A DNA stretch of 63,112 bases, the filler included, from Reclinomonas americana ATCC 50394 (taxonomy: Eukaryota): the NCBI GenBank assembly GCA_048213135.1. It is 3 parts of 2 records of this genome, joined end to end, with 100 filler letters (N's around TTAATTAATTAA, not from the genome) between each part and the next. Parts side by side here need not be neighbours in the genome. Positions count along the whole stretch, not along the records: positions 1 to 26,972 come from PS015049.1; 2 more parts are not named here. One strand, written 5' to 3'. Made by a program: the position numbers and the translations under genes. This document shows positions 1 to 11,044 of the stretch, piece after piece. Each line of letters opens with the position of its first letter. The first letter of the stretch is position 1. The notes beneath the pieces were generated by a model, which saw only the letters and a program-made list of their open reading frames with translations, made no database searches and was not told where the DNA came from.

Positions 1-3000
1 CGACGACGAAGACAACGACGACGATGACGGTGACGATGGCGATAGTGGAGCGTGGGGTGGAGTTGCGAAGGCGAAGAAAATGGACGTGGATCTGCCTGTG
101 CTCGACGAGAGCGCGGTTCCCGATGTGGTACGTGCCAGTCGCTGATGTGCACATGAACCGACGCTCACATTCCCGTCCAGAGCTTTCGAGGACCGTCGGC
201 CAAGGCTGAGTTGAACGAGTATTGCCAGACACATCGACTCTCCGTCCCGCCAGCTTATCTCGACTCCCAGTGGGGGCCGTCGCACGCACCGGAGTTTGAA
301 GCCTCCGTCAGCATTCGCCACGCGGCAGCTCCCGGTGGAGGTTCTTCCTTCCTGCCGCATATGTTCGTGCCAGTTTCTCTTTCGTGTCTCACGCTGCGAC
401 ATGCGGTGTCCATCTAGCGTTTGTTGGGCGCGGTTGGGGTCGATCGAAAAAGGATGCCCAGGGTCGAGCCGCCATTCAGGTTCTCAGTCTCATCAGGGGA
501 GCTGACTGTGGTGCCAGTGGCAGCGGTTACACCTCAGCTGTGGCGGCAACTGCGCCCAGAAAGAAGAGATACTCGCGCGAGGTATCGCAGCCTGTGGCTG
601 TCTCCCACTTTCCGTTGCTAAGCTGCTTGTTGTCAGGATCCTGCGGGCGAGCTCGTTCTCAGCGATTACGTCAGTGAGGCGCTCGGGAGGGCGCTTGCGC
701 AGGTGGACATGGTGCGTTCATCCCCCTGTATGATGTGTTGCACTCAGTCGCTTGCACTCATCGTGCGTCCGGCAGCGGAGCCTGGAGTTGCCGGTTGCTG
801 CTGCGGTGAGTCGCACGTGCCCTTCTTCTTTTGTGTGTGTTATCAATCTGCTGATCAGTGCGCGCAGAACTCCGGTGCAAATGCTTTTGTGGCCTCCGGA
901 GGCAATCGCACGGGGCCTGAGCGTGCGGCTGTGAGTCGTCGGCTTCTTGAGGCTCACGTGTCACGCATGTCATCGACAGAGCCCGCCTTTCTTCACCTCC
1001 AGGTTCTGTGAGAGTTCCTGCTTGATGCGTCCCGAGTCGATCCTCACCGTGTGGCGGGATGTGCAGGCGCAGCGGCAGTCGCTCCCTGTGTGGGCGAACC
1101 GGGAACAACTGCTTCACGCGATGACCAGTGAGGACTTTTACGTGTGCGTAGTGACCGGCGAGACGGGCAGTGGTAAGACGACGCAAGTGCCGCAGTTTGC
1201 GCTCGACGACGCGTTGCGGAGAGAGGTATGTGGCCTGCCAGTGTACTCCTCTGTGTATTGATGCTGATCTGTAGTGCACATAACACGATGCTCAGCGCGG
1301 TGCCGACACGCGAATTATTGTGTGCGAACCTCGTCGGCTCGCCGCAATCACTATCGCAGCGCGTGTGGCTGCCGAGCGCGGTGAGCCTCTGGGTCAGTCG
1401 GTCGGCTACTCGGTGCGCTTCGACTCGGTTCCACCCCGCGCAGAGGGTGGAACTATCGAGTTTGTCACCACCGGCACCCTTCTCCGTCGTCTTCAAGACA
1501 CGAAACAGCTAGATGGTGAGCATTCCGTGCCGACTCTGCCGCTCGGCGATCACCGCTAAACTGCAGTTTGACACGCGCAGGCATCTCGCATGTGTTTTTG
1601 GATGAGGCTCACGAGCGAACTATTGACGGCGACATGCTGCTCTACTTGCTGCGAGGTTTGACTCGCCGGAGTGGATCCCAATTGCGCGTTGTTGTCATGT
1701 CGGCCACCATCGACACATCGCTCTTCACCGACTACTTTGATGGCTGCCCGGAGATTGAAATCTTTGTCGACATGCACGAAGTGCAAGGTGAAGTGTCGCT
1801 GCTGTTGTCGACAACACGTGACTCTGTTTTGCTTCTCACGGCATGTGACAGACTTTTTCTTGGAGGACTGGTGAACTCTCGCGCGCTAACACACACGCAC
1901 ACACACTCAGCAGCGATCAGTCGACTGACTCTGTCGTTGTACTGTGCAGTGTGCGGCTGACAAACTTTAGAGGCGGTGAGCGTCCACGATCACAGTCACG
2001 AGTCTATTCGGACGACGACGTGAGTGTTCCTGCTGCCTTGCTTTCGTTCATCAGCAAGCTCATCTTGGCTGGACTTGTGCACAGCATGCGACAGAGAACC
2101 TCAACGTGCTATCGCGTGATGCGTATCCCGAGCCCATTTGTCGCGCCGTCGGGAGCATGGAGGAAGGCAACATACCGCCTGAGCTGGTCGCGGAGCTGAT
2201 CCTGTACGCTGCCTCGCGTCGGATCCCGCAGGCAGCCGTACTTGTCTTCTTGCCCGGCTGGTCCCACATTGACAGCCTCTATCATCATCTCTCGTCGCAC
2301 GTGACCATCGGTGAGTCTCGTGAGTCCGGTGACAAGCTGACCTGCGCTGCAACTGACCGATGTCTCTCACAACAAAGGCGATCGGGCGCGCTTCCTCCTC
2401 CTGCCTCTGCACTCGCAACTGACCCGCGACGACCAAAATGCCGTGTTCATGCCTGCGCCGCCAGGCGTGACCAAGGTACGCCACGCCATGTTCTCCTTGT
2501 AGCTACCATGCGCACATCTCTCACGACGGGTGTGACGCAGATTGTGCTGGCGACCAACATTGCCGAAACATCCTTGACGTTGCGTTCTCGCAGTCATCGC
2601 AACCTGACGCGTGCGCGGGAGCACTCATCCTTTTTGTTCCCACAGCATCGACGACGTTGTTTTTGTTATCGACACCGGGCTCGTGCGGGAAAAGGTGCAT
2701 CACGCACATCGAGCGCTGTCGTCGCTCGACGTCATGTGGATCAGCAAGGCCAGTGCGCAGCAGCGGCGCGGACGAGCGGGTCGTGTGCGCGACGGTTTTT
2801 GCTTCCGACTGTACACGCAAGCACGATACGAACGGTGCGCTGAGTCCTTTTGTTGTCGTGTTGCACGGCGGGTTGCTCACAAAGCCTCGCTACGCAGTTT
2901 CACCGAATACTCGACCCCCGAGATGCGCCGCATGGCACTCGACGAATTGTGCCTGAGCGTGCAGGCTCTTGGCCTCGGCGAAGCGCAACGCATTCTCTCG

Positions 3001-4400
3001 CAGACGATCGAGCCTCCGGATGCTGTGCAGGTCGAGAGCTCGGTGCGCAGACTGCAAGGTTGGTCGGCGGAGCGTGTGCGCGTGAGGCACGGTGGTCGTG
3101 GTGACTTGCACGAGCTCAGTCACTCCTCTTGGCAGGTTTGGGCGCCCTCAACGCCGCCGGAGAAATCACATCCCTCGGACGCCTCATGTCCAAGCTGCCG
3201 GTGGACGTGCGCCTCTCGCGAATGCTCATCACCGCCATGGTTCTTGGCTGCCGTGAAGAGGCGTTCCAGCTGGCGGCCATGCTGAGGTTTGTGTACATAT
3301 TCATTCATTTTGCGATTTCGGCACCTGTCTCTCATCCAACGCGCGAGCGCGCAGTTGTCGCGATCCATGGATTGCCACGCTCGACGAAGAGCAGCGAGAG
3401 CGCACTCGCAAATCGCGAGCGTATTTTGCGCGTGGACGCATGAGTGACCACCTGGCTCTCGTGCACGTACTGCAAGAGTGGATGGCGACAAGTCCTGCAG
3501 GTTCGTGGCGGCCATTCTCTGCTGGTTCTCCTGCTCGTACCCACTCGCAGTGATGATGCAGATCGGCGTGCGTTCTGTCGGCAACATGCAATGTCGCCGC
3601 ACGTGATGGAGACGGCGGAGAAGACGCTGCGACAACTGCACACAACAGTGGACGAGGAGCGTGCGCTGCGTGATCTGGGCGCCCCAATTGCAGAAGGCCA
3701 AATGCCGGCAGAGGTGATGCATACCACGAAAGGAGTTTCCGTTATTCCTATATCGCTGCGTGTTGTCGACTCTGATGCTCGCCTCCTCCTGTCTCCCAGG
3801 TGCCGTACGGGCTCCTGTGTGCGATTGCCTACACGGGCTTGCACCCGAATGTGGCAATTCACAATGACAAGAAGAAGTTCATGACGCGCGACAATCCGAA
3901 CACCATGCTGCACCCGTCGAGTGCCAACTTCCGCACGCACCACCACTACCCGCAGCGCACCTTCTTCTTTGATGAGATGACGCGGTCGTCGCAGGCATGT
4001 GTTGTCTGGCGGGGAGAGGGGGGGGGGGTTCGATAGTCTGCTCACTGTTGCTGGTGTGGCGCAGCAGCAAATCTTTTTGCGCAACTCGACCGTGGCCAGC
4101 CCGCTGCTGCTGGTTCTGTTTGGGTCGTTTGAGATTCGGTACCAGCAAGACAACCGCTACGACGAGCTCGACACCTTGCTGGAGCTCGACGGCTGGCTCC
4201 GCTTCCGCACGCGTCGCCGTGACATTGAGCTGGTGATCGGCCTGAAGCGTATACTCGACAGCGTGTTCGAGCGGCGAGTGAGCAGCGGCACCCGTGCACT
4301 GACGCAGGCTGACGAGCAGACTCAGAGGATCCTCCACGAGTTGCTGCCGGAGATCATGTTTGCCGACGAGTGGAGCTACACCAAGGAGCGTCCGTTGTAG
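1..4400 (+). CDS. DEAH/RHA-family RNA helicase with N-terminal dsRBD (DHX9/DHX30/DHX36-like), multi-exon, 5' end outside window
   Basis: Spliced exons give a dsRBD (LNEYCQ...GPSHAPEFEASV...GRGWGRSKKDAQGRAA), motif I GETGSGKTTQVPQF, motif Ia CEPRRLAA, DEAHER, MSATID, VFLPGW, LATNIAETSLT/IDDVVFVIDTG, SKASAQQRRGRAGRV and HA2/OB-type segments. Stop TAG at 4398-4400. Confidence 0.93.
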
Positions 4401-4602
4401 TACTCGAGAGAAAAGATGGAACCCTTCCATGTACCTCTCACTCGAAACAAGGGAAACACACAGTGAGTTGCATGAATGTGATCGAGCTCGACGTCGATGT
4501 ATGAGTTGTCCTCGTCCAGCTGCAACAACCTCACTCCTCAATCGAGCAATCACGAGGCAGCGTGCGTGAGGAATCTCGTTTGCAACTAGAGAAGAGGGAA
4601 CC

Positions 4603-7600
4603 ATGGGTGGTGGCACTCCCTCCAAGCTCCTGCGCGTGATACACTGCGACGATACCGTAACTGACCTCTCGTGGTGTCCCGATCCTGTGGCCGCCACTGG
4701 CGACCTGACGCCTTTCGCCTTGCACAACTCCGCCTCCACTCCACAGCTTTCCTCTGTGGGCGCCGCCACGTCATCGTCCAGCTCACGCCGTTTACCAACG
4801 CGCTCCACATCAACCACCATGTCATCGACGGGAACTGCTGCAGCAAATGGAGGCCACACCAAGACCAATGCTGTTCTTGCATCAGCGTGGTGGGATGGTG
4901 CGTTTCTCTCCCACTCTGCGTGAGAGAGAGAGAGTGTGTGTGCGCGCGCACAACAGTGACTGAGTGTGCGCGTGCGTGTGTGTTCACAGGAACGATTCAC
5001 ATGAATGAGCCGTTCACGGGTGTCAAGTTGATGAAGACGCTTCGTGCGGGCGGTAAAACCGGTCATGCGGCGCCGGTCACTGCAGTCACGTGGACGCGCG
5101 ATGGCAAGTTTCTGATCACAGGCTCCAAGGTGAGCTGTTTTTTATTGCACCGTCCTTGTATGGTGTGTACATTTGGCGCCAACAAGCTGGTGGGCCATGG
5201 TGATGCTAGGATCACGTGGTTCGGATATTCGATCCTCGCAAGGCGACGTGCCTGTGGAGCTTTGAGGGTCACGAGCGCACGGTGCGCAGCGTGTCGGCGT
5301 CGGCGCGCGACGATCACATTCTGGCGTCGTGTTCGGGCGACAACTCGGTGCGCGTGTGGTCGCTGAGCAGTGGGCGCTGCTTGGCCACGATTTGGAGCTC
5401 GGGTGGTGAGACGCACGATGTGGAGATTGCGCCGTCAGGTGCGGTGCTGGCCTACGGCTCGTACGACGGCACTGCGACAGTGTGGTCGATCGATTCGCAG
5501 CAGACGGTCATTACGCTGCATGGTCATGAGGGCCCGGTGCTGGCGCTCTCGTGGGGTCCGCAGTCGCACCGCCTGGTGACAGCATCGGCTGACAAGACGC
5601 TGCGCTTGTGGAAGGTCGGTGATTTCTGCTTGCATCCATCTCTCTCATACAGGAGGATATACGGGCACATCTTTTATTATATTCTTGTTGTGTCGTTCGG
5701 CAGGTGGCCACTGGCAAGTGCTTGTTCCACTTGAAGGGTCACACACAGGCTGTGCGCGCTGTGGCCTACAGCCCTAACGGCACGCACATTCTCTCTGGTG
5801 CCATGGACGATTCGGTGCGCATCTGGAGCACCTCCAATGGCACATGCTTGCAGCGCCTTACCGACCATGTGCGTCGTGTGTGCGCATGTGCGCGTGTCCA
5901 ATTGCTTGCTCATTTCGTGGTGCGCCACAACAGGGCGACTGGATTCACTCAGTGTGCTTTAGCGCCGACGGTGCATTCTTTGCCACGGGCTCTCGCGATC
6001 TCACCGTGTGCGTGTACAAGCTCAAGCGCAAGCATCTCAACAAGTGTCGTTGCGCCATTGTTCAGCGCTCTCCGCCTTGCCATTGCGTTTCATACCGACA
6101 AAACCTTGTCTCTCTTTGCGAGCAGGGCCACCGACACCGCCGGGCGACGAAGACGCGACTCTTGTCGGTCCAGCAAGCAACTCACCCGACGACACCTCGG
6201 GTACGGGCTCCCACCCGTTGTCTCTCGCATCCTTCGCAGTCGCAGCTGACTCGCTCTCGTTGCACAGCCGCCCTCAACGTGGACAGTGGAGATGCCGACG
6301 GCGTTGACACGCTGCAGTCGATCACGCCGGCGGGACCACGTGGTTTGGCCGCCTCGACGCCGGTACTTGGCGTGCCGTCGCTATCACTATCCGCCAATCC
6401 AGTCGGCAAGGCGACTGCGAAACGAAGTGCGTACGTGCATTAATTAGCATGTTCTTGGCCAGCACTCCACACTCATGCGCAACATATTGCTTGCAGCTGC
6501 GGGAAACGATGGCGCTCTGCCAGACGCCGGCGGACTGTACGCTGGCGGTGTCAGCGGTGCCAGTTTGGATCAGCTGGCGGGTCTGGCGGGACCATCACGC
6601 GGGTCTGTGCCGCCGTCTCCCGAGCCTTCACCCCTCCGTTCACCGTCCAAGGCACCCATGTCACCACTCGCCAATTTGTCGGCCGACGGTGTGTCAAGTC
6701 TTGGATCGGCACTAACTACAGAGCTGGCCAGTCTAACGACGCGATATATTGCAGACCGCCGGAATCTGACCGACCTGGCAGCCCTGCTGGAGGGCGAGGC
6801 CTCCTCCGGAAGCACGACAACACTGATCCCCGAGAGTGAGAGAGAGTCATTGTTGCGCATCGTCCAGTTGGCTCGTTGCTTGCTGCTGGTGGATCGAGCC
6901 GATGTTTCGTGTCCATTTTTGCCGCCTCGTGTTGTTACAGTGTTCGCGTATGAGCGCTTACACATGCACTGGTGCAATGCAGGCCATGGGAGTGGATGTG
7001 CTGACGCTGGAGAAAAAATTCTTGCAGAGTTCGCGCCGAGTGTTTGGTGCCGAACAGGCGTTAGCTGTGTTGCTCGGCTCGCCTAGTGCGTTGTCGCGCT
7101 TGTCGTAGTTGAGGTGCTGCACGTTACTAACGATGAGCACTTGTGACAGCTGGTGAGAAGAAACGCATGCCACAATTGATCAAGAAGCGCGATAGATATC
7201 GACAAGACCATTGCGCGCTGCTGGGTCTGATCCGCGCCAACCTTGCCGATCGCCTGTCGCTGGTGCGCTCGATCGACACGCTTGGCAGTGTGCTGAATTC
7301 GCCACCGCCGTCCGCTCTCGACTCTGTGGCCGATGGTGACCTGGCTCCACCGTTCAGCGGTGCCGAATGGATCCGACAGTACGCACAGCCTATTGTGAGG
7401 GCACTCAAGGCGGCGTCAGTGTCGGTCGACGATGCCGAGTATCGGGCACTTGATGAGTCGCTGATATCGCAGGTTGGTGTTCCTCACAAAGGTTCGTCGT
7501 CTGCTTTTCTTGGTCGGAAGACCTGACTCCTTGTGTGTGTGACGCAGGCCATTCATCGTTCCACCTCGTGGTCGTCAACGGCATACGAGCGATGTCTTTC

Positions 7601-10600
7601 GTTCCTGCCGGCGCTGCTGCGCACCGAGATGCCACTGACACACATGCTGCATCGCATGGCGGATGCGCACGAGGTGTTCACGCAGCTGACGACGACAGTG
7701 CACGAAGGCGCTGGTGAGGCTCTCGGTCGTCTGAATGAGGCACTGAAGACGTTTGTCCGCATGCTGGAGTTGTTGCGTACGGAGCGCGACGAAGACGATG
7801 AGGCGCAACCGGATCACGCCAAGCGGCAGCAAAGAGTTGCGTAGAGAGGTCGCGAGAGGAGAATGGCGTGTGGCGTGCGACTCACCGTTGTTACAGATTA
7901 TGCAAATGGAAGCGCGCATCTGTGTGCACGAGGATGAGCTGCTCGAGATGCGTGCGAAGGTAGCTCACTTGGCGAAGCGTGGCTTCCCCGAATACGTGTT
8001 CCAGTTGCAGCAGTCGCTGATCGACAAGGTTTCGTGGTGGCATGTACTGTTGCTTTGGCTCAGTTGCTGTCGCTCACCCACAGATGCTGCAGGTACCATT
8101 TGGCCTGCACCTGGTCGACGATGTAGAATTTGGTGCGTTGTTGCTCTTCTTCGTGTATGTTTGTACGTTTGTTCACTGACGATGGGCTGGATGAATGTGC
8201 ATGCAGTAATGGACACGGAACCCGGCGACTACACCATTGTGAATCAGATCATGAGTCGGCATCCGGTCGCCGTCATTCGGTGCGTGTGTGTGTGTTTCCG
8301 TTTGTTTGTCTCTGCGATATGCTTAAGCAGCAGCGTTGCCACGCACAGTATGGCCAACAAGTACTACTTTGCCAAAGAGTACAACATTCGGTCTGCTGAT
8401 CAGTGTCTGTGGCTGAGCAACGAGGTCAACACGCTGGCTCAGCTGCGCCATCCAAATATCGTGCGACTGAAGGGTTTCATGTCGGATCACACGTCCAAGT
8501 TTCGCATGCACTCCCCTTCGTGCATTTTTCGCGACGCAAACTCTCACGAAGCGGGGCGTCTGCAGGTCGCACTACGTCACTGTGATGGAGGACGTTGGCT
8601 CAGTCAATCTCCTGCGCGCACTGCCGACCATGGAGCTTCCGCAGATTCGCCGGGCCTTTGCTCAGCTCCTGCACGTGAGTCGTTCTGCGCTGCTGTGCAA
8701 CCTAGCTGCTCGCATGCTGCTGATCAAGAGTCTTGTGTACACAGGCCGTCGCGTACATGCACGATCAGGGCGTGGTGCATGCCAATTTGCACCCGGGCAA
8801 TGTTATTTACTCGTCCGACCGCGGCGTCATTGTCATTTCGTTTACATCCGCCCAGTTCCGCGAGCCTTTTAATGTTGATACGGGTCAGTCGGTGGCTTCC
8901 TCTTTCGTGTCTGCCTATCCCTTTGCGATGCTCACTTTGCGCTTGCAGCTGTCTCACCGCGAGCGCGGTACGGTGCCCCCGAAGTCCTTCTGCGACGGTC
9001 GGCACCGGAGCCGCCGTGCGACGTTTTCGCCGTTGGCATCATGCTGTTTGACGCCTTCACATCGACCTCGTACTCACTGGATATCGACCCGGCCGCCGGT
9101 GTTGTCATGCCGCGCATCAACGAGGCTCGTGCCGAACTGGGTCTGGAGCCGCTGGAGCAAACGCTGGCCGACGAACTTGACGCTGCGATTGCTCTGATGG
9201 TGCACATTCACTTGCGCTGTTGTCGTTGCTGCGCATTTTGCTGATTCGATCTTGCCACCACAGACGCACATCTCGCCCGGCAAGAGACCCACAGGGTGGG
9301 AGTTGCTGGCCATGCCAGTGTTCCGCGCTGTGCATCGTGGCGACGACGGCAAGGATGATGTTGCGTGCAAGCAGCAGCAGCAGCAGAGGATAAAGTTGAC
9401 ACGTGTTCTTGTCGCTGATGATTGCGTTCCGTGATCCCAACAGCCCATGGTGCGCTTCTGGACTGCGCTCTCTCGTGCGCGGCGCGATGCACCGTCACTC
9501 CTGCAGGCGCTGGCGATCGACGAGGTGGAGCTGAGCACGTCGCCGTTGCAGAAGCTGCGATTCGACAGCCGAACCATCTTTAATCACCTGGTGATTGAAC
9601 ACACGAGACGCGCCACCGACGCGGGTCATCCCGACCAGCGCCTGTTTGGACACGCGCATCACGCGCTCGTCAGTGTTGCGTGGCACGACTCGCTGCTGAT
9701 ATTGTTTGTGTGGCTGCTGACTTGCTGCTGCACAGTTCCTCCGGCGAGTGGTCGAACAGTCGCCGGCCATTGAGTTCCTCGGTTCGGGATCGTACGTCGG
9801 GTCTGGGCAGACGGCGTTCCCGGCGCCGTCGAGACGCGCGGGCAACCCGGTGTTGGCCAGCTCCATTTTTACTCTGTTTGGGCGTGTGCTGGCCAAGATG
9901 CTGGTGCTCGGCTGCAAGGTCCCCCGCAAGGTGAGAATGGCGATCTCTCCTCGTCGCCAACGATGATGGCACTCACGTTGTCTTGCTTGTGTTGCAGTTG
10001 CTGCCTCGGTTCCTGTTCAAGGTGCTGGCCACAACAAAGGCAGTGGAGGCGCCGGTGCTGGCCGACTTGCTGCCCGACCTGCCGGCCATTGCGCGGCACT
10101 TGAGATTGCTGCGATGTACGGTGGTCGACTGTTTGCACTTGTCGTTCACCGAGGGCATCGACGAGATGGGCCACTTTAGCGAAATCGACCCCGAGTTTGT
10201 GCCCTCGCACGCGTCGGACGGTGAGTCTTTTTGTGTGCTGTGTATAGGGCGACATGTACATATCCCGTGTTGCACAGAGGTAACGGAGGAGAATAAGGAA
10301 GAGTACATTCGTGCCGTTGTCGCTTCACAGTTGATTGGTTTCGGTCGGCGGGAGGTGAGGTCATGCTTGTCGCTTCTCTCACCTTTTGTGTGTCACTGAG
10401 TGTGCGTACATGCAACGACAGGCGTACTTGCGCATTCGAGCGGCCATGATGGAGGCTCTGGCGGTCAACGGGCGAGAGGAAGGGTGCGTGCTGCTGTCGA
10501 CGTTTATCTTGTTCATTCCCTGTGTTAGCTAATGCGTTTCTCTCGCAGATCGCTGTGGTGGGCCGCAGAGATCATGGAGGCCGACGACCTTCGTGGTCTG

Positions 10601-10972
10601 CTGGAGCACGCCGAGCAGGTGTCAGCGGAGGAACTGATTCACCACATTCGCTTCCATCCCGAGTTCGCCGCCAAGCGCAGCCCGGTGCCTGAGCAACTGT
10701 CGGAGACGCTAAGGGCGTGGGAACGCGAAAGCCGCCAGCATCGCTTGATCGACTTTGTCGAGTTTGTGGCCTCGCAGACACGCTTGCCGGTGCGCGACGC
10801 CTTTGCCGAGCGCGTGTCCGTCTCGGTAGTTCCACTGGCTGCGCCGGCGCACTTGCCGGAGAGCCGACCAGTGCACGCCGAGCTGTTCCTGCCAGTGGCC
10901 GGCTACGGATCGACTGCGGCACTTCGCGAGCGACTCGAGCGGGCCATGGATGGCATTTTAGAAGACGAGTGA
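4603..10972 (+). CDS. Multidomain protein: WD40 repeats + low-complexity/helical linker + kinase-like domain + C-terminal HECT-like domain, both apparently catalytically inactive
   Basis: WD40 repeats (GHERTVRSVS...SCSGDNSVRVW, GHEGPVLALSW...ASADKTLRLW, GHTQAVRAVAYSP). Kinase fold at about 8200-9330 (FAKE, NEV..LAQLRHPNIVRL, HANLHPGN, YGAPE, DVFAVG). HECT fold at about 9440-10972 (LFGRVLAKML, VTEENKEEYI, FVEFVASQTRLP, LPESRPVHAELFLP..YGSTAALRERLERAM). The junctions I checked can be joined in frame by GT-AG introns. Confidence 0.8.
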
Positions 10973-11044
10973 GAGACTACAGTTCATGCTGTAGATGGAG
11001 TAAACTTGCGGTCGACGGATCATTAATTGCTCAGTGGTTCAACA

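Noticed and set aside
4603-4630. N-myristoylation signal MGGGTPSK
   Set aside because: Pro occupies the position that usually needs Ser/Thr; not supportable.
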